Notes: a model not told the origin generated them from the letters alone. A stretch of DNA of 64,000 nt from Octopus vulgaris (GCA_951406725.2 OX597820.1:120962001-121026000), one strand, 5' to 3'; shown: positions 1 to 14,278, numbered from the stretch's first letter. Translations and numbers: made by a program.

Positions 1-149
1 CATAATTATGCTATGTATTGAATTTGCGGAGATAATATTAACATAATGTGCAAATCTAAACTTTATCAGATGGACAAAAATCTCAGAAGAACAACTCTCA
101 CTTCAGCCATGATATTAATATTTATACGAAGACAATAAAGATAGGTTAT

Positions 150-400
150 TAAGAGGTTATGTTTGACGACCTCAACCTCAATGTCAACAGAGAATAAAAC
201 CTTAGCTCCAACGGATTATCCGAGAGTGTATATTCTGTGAAGTAATTTACTAATATAACGATAAATGCGCTGACGGGAAGGGTTTCGGAGTCTATGAAAA
301 TTAGGTGAGAGATAAGCTGATATTTGGACTGAGTTACAAGAGAGTTCGATTCTTAACTCTTGAGCAGCGGTAAACGAGGTTTGGCAACTTTGTTAACAAG
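150..400 (+). pseudogene. Possible decayed Ty3/Gypsy gag fragment
   Basis: 305-367 translates VRDKLIFGLSYKRVRFLTLEQ, like the Gypsy gag 'RD.lv.Gl...i...L' motif; surrounding frames have stops. Confidence 0.3.
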
Positions 401-597
401 AGCTTATACGTATATTTTCCGCACTTCCATCAAATATAGAAAGTGTCTGTGTAATGCTGTGAAGCGATACTCTCGGTTTTCAAAATACACTGCATGGATA
501 TTGAAAATTAATTTCCCGAACAATTTACAAATATATTCTTTAAAAATTATTATTCTGGAAATGAAATCAACCGCACCTGCATAACGTAAGAAATATT

Positions 598-1197
598 CTT
601 TTCTACGGTAGGCACAATGCCCGAAAGTTTTTTTTTTTTTTTGGAGGGGGCCAGTCGATTAGATCCACCCCAGTACGCAGCTGGTACTTAATTTATCGAC
701 CCCGAAAGGATGAACAGCAAAGCTGACCTCGGCAGAATATGAACTTAGAACGTAAACACTGACGAAATACCTATTTCTTTACTACCCACAAGGGGCTAAA
801 CACAGAGGGGACAAACAAGGACAGACAAACGGATTAAGTCGATTACATTGACCGCAGTGCGTAACTGGTACTTATTTAATCGACCTCGAAAGGATGAAAG
901 GGAAAGTCGACCTCGGTGGAATTTGAACTCAGAACATAACGGCAGACGAAATACCTATTTCTATTTCTTTACAACCCACAAGGGGCTAAGCACAGAGAAG
1001 ACAGACAAGGATAGACAAACGGATTAAGTCGATTATATCGATCCCTGTGCGTATCTGGTACTATATTTCTCGACCCCCGAAAGGATGAAAGGCGAAGTCG
1101 ACCGCGGCGGAATTTGAACTCAGAACGTAACGGCAGGCAAAATGCCGCTAAGCATTTCGCCCGGCGTGCTAACGTTTCTGCCAGCTCGCTGCCTTTT
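598..1197 (-). mobile_element. tRNA-derived SINE family A, trimeric copy
   Basis: Head GGCAGCGAGCTGGCAGAA (A-box-like), B box GAGTTCAAATTCC, three tandem body units; 14-bp TSD ACGTAAGAAATATT at 584-597 and 1198-1211. Confidence 0.9.
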
Positions 1198-1768
1198 ACG
1201 TAAGAAATATTAAATCTCCTTCGTTTTCCATGGATGCTTAACAATATTATATAGTGTCTTCTAAAATTTGCTTTTACAGTTTTAAATATTTCCAGATTTG
1301 TTAAATTAACATTTACTTGTGGTTTCAAAGTTTTCTTTACGAAGACGAGTCAGAATGACATTTAGCTTCACGAATGGACGTCAATACATTCAAAATATCG
1401 ACGCTGAGTTACCATCCACGAGTTTCAGTGAAACACCTAAAGCCCCCGTTTCATAAAAAGGTCCCTTTGGTGGAATAAACTCCATCTAAGATAGAAATCC
1501 TGTCTGAAAGCTGAGGGTAAGGTTGTTCCTTCTTCACACTGATGAAGACTTCAAATAAAACTCATAGATGTGAAAGTTGTACATCAGACAGAGATACAAA
1601 TATTCAACGTCAAGGAAGTTAAAGAAACACTTCCATGCATTTTACATTTAAGGCTGAGAGCCATTTCCGCAGTTGTAAACCGCAACTAAAAACTGTCAAT
1701 CCAAATTAATAATTAAGTATGTGATAATATGCGAAGTATAATTGTCGCTCAATCATTTACTAGAAAAG

Positions 1769-2074
1769 GATTGTTTGTTCCTTCACGAGCCATGCCTGGC
1801 TCATAAGAGCCGGCTTCCCGGTTTCCTTGGCGTATAGTTTCCCCACCTGGACGGGACGCCGGTCCGTTGCAGGTGAGCTGCAAGATGCAGGAGGAAAGAG
1901 TGAGAGAAAGTTATGGCGAAAGAGTCAGCAGAAGTTCGCCATTACCTTCTGCCGGAGCCGTGTTTAGCTTATGTGTTTTCGCTCATAAACACACACATCA
2001 CCGGTCTAAGATTCGAACCCGCGATCCCTCGACCGCGAGTCCGCTGCTCTAACCACTAGGCCATGTGCCTCCAC
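1769..2074 (-). mobile_element. tRNA-derived SINE family C (tail variant 1)
   Basis: Head GTGGAGGCACATGGCCTAGTGGTTAG...GGTTCGAATC; 10-bp TSD ACTAGAAAAG at 1759-1768 and 2075-2084. Confidence 0.85.
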
Positions 2075-2214
2075 ACTAGAAAAGTGTAGCACAGTACGAT
2101 TGTGAATTTCCCTTCAGCAAAATTTCCACTGACTCACCAAACTTCTAATACATATGTGTATATGTAAGGACTGTGTGTGTGTATGTAAACATTTATATAT
2201 GAGTGTGCATTTCC

Positions 2215-2355
2215 TTGTGTCTGGGGCGGGGAGTCATACTATTTTTGTGCCTTTGTAATTTATTAAGGCACTAAAAGAGAATGACTCTCCTCAGACACAA
2301 CAAAATATGTTTCAACACACGAATTCATATAAAGAATCTTACAAACCAAATTCAA
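2215..2355. repeat. Dispersed repeat family F, fold-back copy
   Basis: TTGTGTCTGGGG..GAGTCAT..TGTGCCTT followed by its reverse complement AAGGCAC..ATGACTCTCCTCAGACACAA; homologous to 25340, 27885 and 33170. Confidence 0.7.
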
Positions 2356-2499
2356 AAACGAAATATAAGTGTGTACATATCCCAATATTCAAGAATGTAT
2401 ATATGTAAGCTGATATGTATGTAAATGCCTGAGTCATTCGAAAATCGCGACGGCCATTTGTTACATGAACGTATAAGTTTTGCATGATGAATATTAATA

Positions 2500-3053
2500 T
2501 TGGTTTACAATTTTGGCACAAGGCCAGTAATTTGGGGAAGGGGAGAAGTTGATTACATCAACGCCCAGTGTTCAAACGGTACTTATTTCATCGCCCCTGA
2601 AAGGATGACAGGCAAAGGACGCAAATAGGATCTAAGTGCCCCAGTCTTTTTGCCAGGAGTTCTAACGATTCTTTGCTACTCTAGGCACAAAGCCCGAAAT
2701 TTTTGGGAAGGTGAGCAGTCGATTAGATAGACCTCAGTACGCGACTGGTACTTAATTTATCGAGCCCAACATGATGAAAGGCATAGTTGACCTCGGCAGA
2801 ATTTGAACTTAGAACGTAAAGACAGACGAAATACCTATTTCTTTACTACCCACAAGGGGCTAAAGACAGAGGCGACAAACAAGGACAAACTGATTAAGTC
2901 GGTTATATCGACCCCAGTGCGTAACTGGTACTTATTTAATCGACCCCTTATTTAATCGACTTATTTAATCGACCTCGGCGGAATTTGAACTCAGAACGTA
3001 ACTGCAGACGAAATACGGCTAATTATTTCGCCCGGCGTACTAACAATTCTGCC
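2500..3053 (-). mobile_element. SINE family A dimer plus an older diverged copy
   Basis: Same body motifs (GGTACTTA..TCGACC..GAAAGGATGAAAGGC, GAATTTGAACTCAGAACG) as 598-1197. Confidence 0.8.
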
Positions 3054-4240
3054 AAACGACTACTAATATTGATTATACACAATTGAATACTTTGCTTGCA
3101 TTCATTATGATTGTAACAATGAGCTTACAAAAGCCAGTCATGAAATAAAAATGATGATATAAATTTTATAGACAATATACACATATGCATATATGAGTGT
3201 ATCTACACACACATATATGTATATATACATATGTATGATGTGTATACATTAAAACATTCAAGTTCATATATGTGGGCATGTTAGGAGGTGTTTCTTTGTG
3301 GGTGGATATCATTTATTTTATATCCATATTTAATTAATTTCAATGAAATATTTATATTAGATTAATGTTATTTATATATTGCGAATTCTATAAAATTTCA
3401 TATAAATTTATTTCCTAACAAGATGTCTCATGTGGCTGTAATTGCTTTTAATGGACCTTATTAAAGATGCACATTTACTACGATATACATAGAAAGATTT
3501 GCAATACGAATGCCTCTGTGCAATTGTGTGTGAGCGCGCTCCTTTCAATGTACTCTTATACATTTCAACTAACATCTGGGAAGGAACTTCGTGTCGCAAC
3601 ACTAGAAAATGTCCGAAAGAATGAAATAATTCAATGATTTTCAATAATATCTCTATACGTTTTCCAAAAATAATCACATGATTGATTTAATTGTTACGGA
3701 ATATTTACGCACAAGTCATATCTTTAGGATTATTGGAGGCAAGAACGTTCTCGTATAGCGATAGTGACTTCTGGGCCATGAGAAGTTGCAAACAGACATT
3801 TAATTTCATCGCTCGTCTACCTCATAATAAAGAATATTTAATCATTTATTCTTCACGTTCTTGTTTCGGACATTGCATTGATCTCATGATGACGAACCAT
3901 CTTGTATGACTGGTCGATCAAAACAATCCAGGACCATCTTCTAAGGCTGGTATATCATCATTTTCTTACACCGAGCCGTTGGCTTACGGACACTATTACA
4001 CCTCTGTGCAAGTCGGAATATTTTAAGAATGATATCCATTAATTAGAATTATATATTTATATAATGTACCTAAAATGTAAAGGAATATGTGCTTATTTGC
4101 ATGTGTATGAAAACAAATGTACATATAGTTGTAATATGTCTGCGATTTCTTAACCCTACAACAAACTATTAAACACGACGAAGTATTCTTCTAGAATATA
4201 TTTATTCATACAATGAGTTGCGAAATTATAAACAATCATA

Positions 4241-4402
4241 GGCGCAGGAGTGGCTGTGTGGTAAGTAGCTTGCTTACCAACCACATGGTCCCGGGTTCAG
4301 TCCCACTGCGTGGCATCTTGGGCACGTGTGTTTTGCTATAGCCTTAGGCCGACCAAAGCCTTGTGAAGGGATTTTGTAGGCGTAAACTGAAAGAAGCCCA
4401 TC

Positions 4403-4464
<62 letters not shown>

Positions 4465-4683
4465 ATGTTTGTGTGTCTGTGTTTGTCCCTCTAGCATTGC
4501 TTGACAACCGATGCTGGTGTGTTTACGTCCCCGTCACTTAGAGGTTCGGCAAATAGACCGATAGAATAAGTACTGGGCTTACAAAGAATAAGTCCCGGGG
4601 TCGATTTGCTCGACTAAAGGCGGTGCTCCAGCATGGCCACAGTCAAATGACTGAAACAAATAACGGAGTAAAGGAGTAAAGGA
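4241..4683 (+). mobile_element. tRNA-derived SINE family B (CORE-like) with internal (TA)n(TG)n
   Basis: GGCGCAGGAGTGGCTGTGTGG A box, GGTTCAGTCCC B box, CORE-like GTGGCA.CTTGGGCA.GTG, tail GGCGGTGCTCCAGCATGGCC..GACTGAAACAA; many copies in the window. Confidence 0.9.
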
Positions 4684-5029
4684 ATGTTTATAATCTTAAT
4701 GAATATGCATTTACAATGAATAGATTTCAGTGGAGATTTGTGTCCTTCATTAGATTCCAGACATGCAAGGTTGTCATTGAGCACTTCCGTTTTCTTCAGC
4801 ACGTTTTCTGGTAGGTCGATATATGACTTGACAAGAGCGTAGGTCCGTATAAACCCCTGTTTATATATATATATACATATATATATATAAATAAATGGTA
4901 TATATATATTACAATATATATACTGAACTTCACAGAAGTTCCTACCGTTAATCGGCTATATTTACAGACAGAATTCTACCAGTGAATAATTGTCGGTTTT
5001 TTTAAAAACCATTATAGAAATTATTTATC

Positions 5030-5127
<98 letters not shown>

Positions 5128-5129
5128 CG

Positions 5130-5312
5130 GAGATATACCAGTGAAATAATGGAAATTGACAGAAAAAGTCGCAAGCTACTGACATGTAATAAGATGCACC
5201 ATCCAAATCAGACGTGGATCGTCTTTACTTTCCCAGAGCTCAGGGGGGACGAGGTTTGATCCAGCCTGAACTTACGTACAAAACAAACCACAAATGGACT
5301 GGCCAACTATCT
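5130..5312 (+). pseudogene. R4/Dong-type RLE LINE fragment
   Basis: SEIMEIDRKSRKLLTCNKMHHP/DVDRLYFPRAQGGRGL aligns with TEICQLDRKIRKLLTMHRMHHPKADTERLYLPRKEGGRGL of the 61998 ORF; one frameshift. Confidence 0.85.
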
Positions 5313-5925
5313 TATATGTGTGTGTATGTAAATATCGAACTTCGTGAGTGGTAAGAAGCTTACTTCCCATCCATATGGTTTTGGGATCGGTAAAACAGGG
5401 CATGGTTATGTAGCTTAATACGTACCGAAAACCACATGCGAGCTGCATCTTCATAACGTTACGGATTCACATCAAGTGCACAAGCGCATTCACATAGCCA
5501 GCTGCAAATAATTGATTTTAAACAGCGTACTATAAGCCTCAGAATTAGGAGGTTTTACTGTATAAACAATAAGGGTAAGTAATTAGAATAATTTATTACC
5601 AGTGGTTCGCATGCGTAATAAAAGTCATAACACAACATATTTTGATATATAAGAGTGTATAAAGATATATACACGAAGAGAAGACCCATGGAAGTATTTC
5701 TTACATGCTAAAAAGGGCAGTTAAACCCAGGCCATGAAAAGACACGCCGGGAAAGCACTAGAATGAAAGAAATTATTATCTTTAGTTAACGTCATTCGCG
5801 AGTTTCCCTATTAGTGAGAAAATAAGTAAAGTTGTCATCCGTATTGATCAGTGGGATCGCTAAAACAATGAATAATTATGTAGTTTAATACGTCCTGAAA
5901 ACACACGTGCGAGCTGGATTCAAAT

Positions 5926-5959
<34 letters not shown>

Positions 5960-5963
<4 letters not shown>

Positions 5964-6915
5964 TAATAATAAAATTTATAATTAAATTAGATAAACTTTG
6001 ATAAACTTAGATATGTTTCGACTAAAGATTAGTCCTGGCCATGTCTAATTTAATAGCATAACTTAGTTATGTCTTTAAATTGATATTCGCTAGTTATTCC
6101 CATTGATAATTATATTTATAGTATTTATAGTATTTATTCGATACTATATTACTACGAATTGATTATTTCTATAAGTATTTTACATAAGATTTCCGAAAGT
6201 TCGTTTAAGTTTATTTATTTGTATTTTGAAATTAGCTATTTCATCTTTAATTATGAAAAATTAAATTTATTAGGTTTTTATTATATGTGCATATACATTT
6301 ATTTATAGAGATTATTTTAGATCTTAATTATAATATTTATATACATTTATATATTTTCATTGATAATTTATATATATTAGTCATTTTTAACTATTTATGT
6401 AATTAGATATAGACTAATACCGATATTAGATTATGGGTGGGTTTCCTACCTTATAAATTAAAATTAATATTTAACATTATAGTCGATTTTGATATAATCA
6501 TAATTGTTAAGTTCTATGTTTCTAGTTTGATAATAGAGTTTATTATAAGTAAAATTATTATATTATATATATCTTAAAATTATTGTTTAAATATTTCTGA
6601 TTATATTTTAGATATTTCAATTACCTGAAGATTGACTGTAACCATAACTCGAATTATTACGAATTGGACAGCCATGAAACGATCGTAGTGTTTTACTCAT
6701 TATCTTTTATTAAACTTTTAATACTTTTAATATATATTTAAAATAATATAAATTAATTAATTTTATGTATTGGCTTAAGTTTTTCATTGTTTGATTTGCC
6801 TAATAGTGGTTTTATCTCTAATTTAATATAATATAATATTTTACTATAGAATTGGATTCAATCCTAGATCTGATTTTTCCCTGTAAGTTTGGATTTATTC
6901 CCTAATATTTTATTA
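5960..6915 (+). mobile_element. AT-rich Penelope-like non-coding element between (TA)n tracts
   Basis: Contains a hammerhead motif; 6790-6905 is homologous to 25088-25202; 6012-6058 is homologous (inverted) to about 53800-53850. Confidence 0.55.
6622..6690 (+). ncRNA. Minimal type I hammerhead ribozyme motif
   Basis: tac CTGAAGA [tgactgt...acagcca, imperfect stem II] GAAAC GATC GTA gtg; palindromic stem III. Confidence 0.6.
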
Positions 6916-6918
6916 TTA

Positions 6919-6998
<80 letters not shown>

Positions 6999-7001
6999 GT
7001 A

Positions 7002-7646
7002 TAGCAATAAAGGGTGAAATTAATTTGGAATAATGCTAAACCCTTAATTACTTAGTATTACTTAAATTTTCCTCGAATGGGGCTTTTACATGCCGAAATC
7101 TACTTGGTGTAATTAATAATTATTCCAAATTAATTAATTTCACCCTTTATTGTTACTGATAACCATATTTTATCCCAGTAAATGACCACAGCATTTTGTC
7201 TTGGCTACACGCGGGTGGAAGGGGGCTGGTGACACAAACTTTCATTCACACTTTGAATTTCGTGGTACTGGTCATGCTTTGGCTCGCTCTGACACTGAGT
7301 TGAGATGATGCCTTCTAGTATCTCAAAATTTAATATACAATTATTCATAATTGTAGTATCCTGCGCCGATGAGAAAAGAAGTTTGGGTAAGGTAGAATTT
7401 TCTAATTCTTATGCTTTCCTAAAACTTGATTTCGAAACGTACGTCCGTAGGTAACTTAAAATTGTATGATAGATTGCCGTCATTTCATTCTTTCTTTCTT
7501 ACCCGTCTGTGTTTGCCTTTCAAGTGCTGTGTTTTTACTGAGATCCCCCTTTTAGTAGAAGGAATAGCTATATCTCTTTGACTGCTATTTCTAAATTCGG
7601 TGTGTTGGTGAGGCAATTCGTTGCTAAACCCTTAATTACTTAGTAT
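7002..7646 (+). mobile_element. Penelope-like pLTR-type non-autonomous element
   Basis: 7002-7033 is inverted at about 7119-7155; GCTAAACCCTTAATTACTTAGTAT is directly repeated at 7035 and 7623; internal hammerhead; flanked by (TA)n. Confidence 0.6.
7363..7448 (+). ncRNA. Type I hammerhead motif, CCGATGA core variant
   Basis: gcg CCGATGA gaaa..aagttt / aaactt..tttc GAAAC GTAC GTC cgt. Confidence 0.6.
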
Positions 7647-7879
7647 ATATATGTATATATTGATAAAAATGGTAAGACAACAAAAGAATGAAAGAGACCT
7701 CGATATTATGTAAAGAGAGGAATTTATCTGTAAATATAATATGTGACAATTATTCGGTAGCCATGATAAAACTCCGAGTTTCGGATGCCAAGGTGGAAAT
7801 CCACGCCGCCATCGAAAAATGCTGGGATTTCCCTGCATGAACAGAAGCGTGTAGTTTCATTATTTGAACTTTCGAATAT

Positions 7880-10314
7880 GCTGTTTATGTTGCAAGTGAT
7901 GCTCAGGCCTACCAGGGGAAACAATATATTCGATCTCAACTTCACAAATAATGTGGACCTTATCCATAATGTGAATGTCACACTAATTGCACTTTCAGAT
8001 CACATTATTTTTGAACTAACAGAGTATGGTTCTGAAATTGCTGCTGGTATCTGCCCTGTCAGTAGGACTCAAACCTTCTCTAACTTGAAAAGCAAAATGG
8101 GAATCAATCCGCAAATAGATCCCCAAACGAAACTAGTCCAACAATCTATGTATGCAAGACATTGAGTTGAAACTCAGCCATTTTATCTGAACAGTGCAAG
8201 CTATATGCACTAAATATACCCCAGAAAGAAAGGCCAGCATACTGACAAACAAAATCCTCATGAAACTCAGCTCAAAGGTCTCAAAGCGGCTGAATAGGTA
8301 ACTGAAGGATAGGGAGAACTCTATCTTAATACGGACCCTCTTTGAAATCGAAAACAAAATCAAAACTCTCTCACGAAAGGGAAAGAGCAGAGAGCTCTGG
8401 AAAGCATAAAAACAAATTCCAAAGCTTTCTATAAATTCGCAAAGGAAACAGTCGCAATACAATAAAATAGGACCATTGTTCCAAGGGTATGACACACTGA
8501 CCCCGAACTCAGGTAAGATATATGAGATACTCAGTAATCAATTTAAAAGTATCTTCACTTTCCTCGTTCGACACATTCAGATAAAATATCCGGTTGAATT
8601 CTTTAATATAGCAACTCTAAAAAGGAGGCAGCAGCCATCGATTACATCAACATTGAGGCAACAGATGTAACAGCGGCCATAGATGAAATGAGCTCATGTT
8701 CTGCAACTGGTCCTGATGGCTTTCCAGCTAACTGAATCGTGTAAGCAAGCTTTGGCGAAAACACTTCTGATGCTTTTCCAAAGTTTCCTTGCAAGTGGTA
8801 AACTTTTTAAAAAGCTGAAAGAATGCATTGTATGCCATATCCACAAAGGTGGAAGAAGAGCAGAGGCCAAAAGCTACAGGCCAATCTCTCTGGCTTCACA
8901 TATCAGTACTGTCATGGAGCGAATTATCAGAAAACATTGATAATATTCTTATCAGAAAATGACATACTGAACAATATACAGCATTGCTTCCGTTCAGGAA
9001 GAACCTGCCTCACACAACTCCTACAGCACTATGACTAGGTTAGAAACAGCTACGCGACCATTCAGATGTCAACGTGACTTTGCAAAGACATTTGATGAGG
9101 TACATCATGGTATTAGAGAGTTGTTGCATGATTTCATTAAAGATAAAAGTCAGGTAGCTGCAGGCAATGGTGCCCTTTCTAAGGAATCTCAAATTCTAAG
9201 TGGCGTATACCCCAGGGATCTGTTCTGGGGCCGTTACTGTTCATAATAGCCCTCTAAGGCATGTCCACGGCCACTAGGACAGCCTCTGTCACTAGCTATG
9301 CCGATGATACAAAATTATCACAGGCAACAAGAAAATCAAGATGACGTCGCACGCTTACGACGGGACCTGAATTCGGTATACAAATGGACCGAAATAAACA
9401 GCATGCAGATTAATGCTGGAAAATTTCAAGCACTGAACTAAAAGAATTCACTACAGTTGCACATACAAGACCCAAAGGCAATAAATCTCAGAGTCACAGG
9501 CAGTGAAAGAGTTGGAAAACAGCAAGTGCAATGACGCATCATTTTATATGCACAATACCAAGATGGTAGCAAAGTGTATACAAATGGCATGATGGATAAT
9601 GAGGTCCTCCAAGACAAAGGACCAAAACCTATGTTGACACTGTGGAGAACCTTTGTTCTCCTCCGCCTGGACTACTGCTCCCAGTTATAGGTTATGTTCA
9701 CCACATAGCACCGAATTAATGGCGGAGCGTGAAGCAGTCCAACGCCACTCCACTAGAAAGATTGAAGCAGTACAGCGGATGAGCTACAAGGATGGGCTGA
9801 AAAACTGCAACCTTACTCCCTGGAGCGAAGGCGCGAGAGATATGCAATAATCTACATATGGAAAACTCTATAAGTGCTAGTACCAAACTTCAGCATTGAG
9901 TGATATGCAACTGCCAGAAATGACCGCCATTGTATAGTACCAAAGGTACCATTCACTCTATCTAGATTCAGGACCAGGTACTGCAATAGTTTAGGGTTTG
10001 TTTAAAGGCCCACGGCTGTTCAATGCCATGCTACAAATTTTCTTTCAAGTTCATAAGGTGGAAGTAGATGTCTTCAAAAAGGGGCTAGACAGCCTCATCT
10101 CCATAATAGCAGATGAAGCAACACCTAAACATGAGGTGCAGATGTGGGCAGCGAAATCAAACACTCGTATACACCAAATGGGCCAACAGGTGGGACAAAG
10201 ACACATATACGAGTGGTGACGTGAAACACCCCAGACTGAGGAAATCAGAAAGAACACTGTCGTGCTCCATCATGACCGCAGCTGCTTGGCTGAAACTAGT
10301 AAAAGAGTTAAGGA
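7880..10314 (+). mobile_element. Decayed CR1-group LINE (APE endonuclease C-terminus, RT, 3' tail)
   Basis: PTRGNNIFDL..SDH (APE); GPDGFP, IHKGG..SYRPISL, QHCFRSGRTCLTQLL, DFAKTFD, PQGSVLGPLLF, YADDTK, YSLERRRER; many stops and frameshifts. Confidence 0.92.
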
Positions 10315-10331
10315 GTATATATATATACATA

Positions 10332-10616
10332 TCACCGTAACCGACCAGGGTATCAGATATTGCTACACATCACTGGTCACAATGCGTTTCGCATTGTTTT
10401 AGTCTTAGCCAACAGCGAGCAGGCCAACAGAAGAAAGAGTGAAAGAAACTTGTGGCGAAAGAGTACAGCTGCGATCGCCACCACCACCCGCCGGAGTCGC
10501 GTGAAGCTTTAGGTGTTTTCGTTCAATAAACACTCGCAATGCCCGGTCTGGGAATCGAAACCGCGATCCTACAACCGCGAGTCGGCTGCCCTAACCCCTG
10601 GGGCATTTTGCCTCCA
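10332..10616 (-). mobile_element. SINE family C (tail variant 2)
   Basis: Same tRNA-like head and first ~180 bp as 47652-48055, with a different 3' part. Confidence 0.8.
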
Positions 10617-10684
10617 CACACACACACACACACACATCACACACACACACATCACACACACATCACACACACACACATGTATAC

Positions 10685-10726
<42 letters not shown>

Positions 10727-10729
10727 TTT

Positions 10730-10885
10730 GGCGCAGGAGTGGCTGTGTGGTAAGTAGCTTGCTTACCAACCACATGGTTCTGCGTTCAGTCTCACTGCGT
10801 GGCACCTTGGGCAACTGTCTTCTGCTACGGGGTGATCAAACCCTTTTGAGTCGATTTGGTAGGCAGAAACTGTAAGAAACCTGTG
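10730..10885 (+). mobile_element. SINE family B, 5' half
   Basis: GGCGCAGGAGTGGCTGTGTGGTAAGTAGCTTGC head. Confidence 0.85.
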
Positions 10886-10941
10886 TATATATATATACAC
10901 CCTACAACCTGTATATATATGTACCCCACAACTCCACTTTT

Positions 10942-11020
<79 letters not shown>

Positions 11021-11057
11021 TTCTGTGTGTGTGTGTTTGTGTATGCGTGTGTTTGTG

Positions 11058-11535
11058 TGTTAAATAAATAAAATGAGTCAACAAATCAAGTTGGTGCGAA
11101 ATTTCTAGGACATTTACAAAGATAAAGGTGGCCTTACAGCTGTTTCGGGGATACGAAGGATATCCCTTCATCACAGACTATATGAGAGAATTAAATAGAG
11201 GAAAATAGTAGAGTTCAATAAAAGAAGTTATTATGGAAAGGGAGAAATATAAGAAGAATTAAGGAAATAAACAAATAGAATTAGAAATATATGTTTATTT
11301 TTATTTTTATTTTTATTCTCTTATTTTCCTTAATACTTCCTATATCTCTCCATTTCCATAATAACTTCTTTTATTGATCTCTTCTATTTCCCTCTACTTA
11401 ATTTTCTCATATAATCTCTGATGAAAGGATACCTTTTATATCCCTGAAACAGCTGTAAGACTACTTTTATCTTCGTAAACGTCCTAGAAATTTCAGACTG
11501 CCTAGGCTTTGTTGACTCATTTTATGTATTCAACA
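11058..11535. repeat. ~480-bp imperfect palindrome (fold-back element)
   Basis: 11058-11290 is the diverged reverse complement of 11295-11535, e.g. ATAAAATGAGTCAACAAA / TTTGTTGACTCATTTTAT. Confidence 0.9.
11415..11460 (+). ncRNA. Minimal type I hammerhead ribozyme, intact core
   Basis: tct CTGATGA aaggat accttttat atccct GAAAC AGCT GTA aga; the mirror copy at about 11132-11178 (-) has GTGATGA. Confidence 0.75.
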
Positions 11536-11923
11536 TATACATGCTCACATAGGACTCCTTAATCAAACTGTTATTGAAACGGAAGTCTAACTATGGTCCC
11601 TCCGCTGCACTTACATCGCCTTACCTGTCATGTTTGGGTCTTCTGGATACCAAAGCCTACCATATATATATATATATATATATAAGTTGTCTGTTCGTCT
11701 TCGCTACGTAAGATTGGTAGTTTATTTATGATGTGTTCAGAATCAGTTCTGCTGAGGATCATAAGACGTAAGTTGAATGTGAAATCACGGTGATACAGAA
11801 CTAAATTCATTTTTTAAATGTCTTGCTTTGAAAAACTGCATTTAGGTATGATTAGTATAATTTTGGTAGTAATGACTTTGTCCCTCTTAGTGTGAGGCAT
11901 TTATGTGTAATAATGCCCTCTAT

Positions 11924-12592
<669 letters not shown>

Positions 12593-13867
12593 AATTACTC
12601 GGCGGGGACACTTTGGTATATTATTGAAGCTTGGTTTGTAAAATATAACCTGAAACATGATTAAACCTCTTGGACGTTTTACAAACAATTTTGTCTCGTA
12701 TTTACCTTTATGCAGTTGCGCTCCGTCATATATAATAACTTATATCTTAAAAATTTACTTTGCTTGTTTCCGATTGATTTAAGTGGCCTTTATTGAATGC
12801 AATCCATTACAATGTTATTTCTTTTCTTTTTGGTTACTTCTCAGCAATGCTTGAACTAAGGTCAATAGAAGTTTCTGGAAAATAAATTGTTCACGTTACT
12901 GTTATCTTCCCAATCTCAACATCTCATAAAATTGTTCTAAATTAGATGTTACTGCGTACTTGATCGTAGACAAATATGAGGAAATGTACTAAGTTAATTT
13001 TGTCCTGGTTTCTTCCATTTCTCTCTGATGAATGTCCTTCCAAATAGCTGCTGTTGAGAATATTCGTTTTTTTTTCCGGTTACTACTGCACCTTTATTAA
13101 CTGACAAAAAATTGAACATTATGGCTTCCATAAGTTTTATAAAATCAGTCTACACTTAAAAGTTCTAAAATGGCTTTTAACTTGTAGATGAAATAATTTC
13201 TTTGTTTTTGGTTCGTTGGATACTTTGCTGTGGCTCTATGATGCATGACATCGCATCATCTTTATTGTTAGATGTACAACTAATAATACTTATTTCATAT
13301 TGTTGTAAATTAGACATACAAAATGGCTGACGGTTAGTAAGGAGAGACACACAAATAAGAAAGAAGAAAGTAAAGGACCACTGGTGCGGTCACAGGAGTG
13401 TGACGAAAGAACTCTGGCTGAAATAAGATTAAGATTAATGTAAAAAATAAATAACATTGAAGCAAAGTAACACCAAATATATAGTGCGTGTGTTTTTATT
13501 GGCTAAACTGGCAAAATGACCATTCCGAAATATAACAATATCTGTTTCAACAAACGATTTCACATACAAAATCTTGCACAACAAATATATAAACATTTAT
13601 TTCATAGTTAAAACTAATGCAACATATTTGTTGACCGAGCAGGAGTGGGTACAATATTCTAAGTGGTATTTTTATTAACACCACACTGATGTAAGTTCAA
13701 TTAGATCTGCCTCTCTTTCAACTCAGGACGCCACATTTTTGTTCTGCAGATCTATTTCAGTTCAATCTTTAGAAATATATGAATATAACAATTTATGGAG
13801 GGTCGTGACAATTTTATAGTCTGTTTTTTAGAAATGAAACCCTTTTCAATACATATCTGAATAATTC

Positions 13868-14278
13868 GGATCTTTTCGGTTTGAACGGCAGTTTTTAACA
13901 TAATTTCTAGATAACTAAAAAATTTTAAACTTCGTATACTGGTAGAATGCGTTTATAAAACATCTTTTTCTCTGGGCTTTATTGAGAAAATTCTATAGTT
14001 TTTGAGATATTTGTTGTTTTTTCTTCTTCAATTTCTGCAAATTCAACCAATCAGTGATGTCAACTGAGTTAAAAAGCATTCTGTGCCGTATGAATATGTC
14101 CCTCGTTTAAGAAACAGATTGGGTTTATTTACATTTTTGAAGAAAAAAAGATACCCTTCCCCCACCCCTAACCCTAAAAGAGATTGAAATGCAATAGATC
14201 GATTTTAGGGTCATAATTATGGGTGACAATTTCATATGGCACCGCTAGAAGAAACTGCCGTTCAAACCGAAAAGATCC
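13868..14278. mobile_element. MITE with 27-bp TIRs and 8-bp TSD (Merlin-like), copy 1
   Basis: TIR GGATCTTTTCGGTTTGAACGGCAGTTT; TSD AATAATTC on both sides. Confidence 0.92.

Noticed and set aside
5381-5922. ~70-bp diverged direct repeat about 470 bp apart, possibly a pLTR
   Set aside because: No hammerhead or other diagnostic feature found
7765-7820. GAAACTCGGAGTT hammerhead half on the minus strand
   Set aside because: No CUGANGA or convincing stem II upstream
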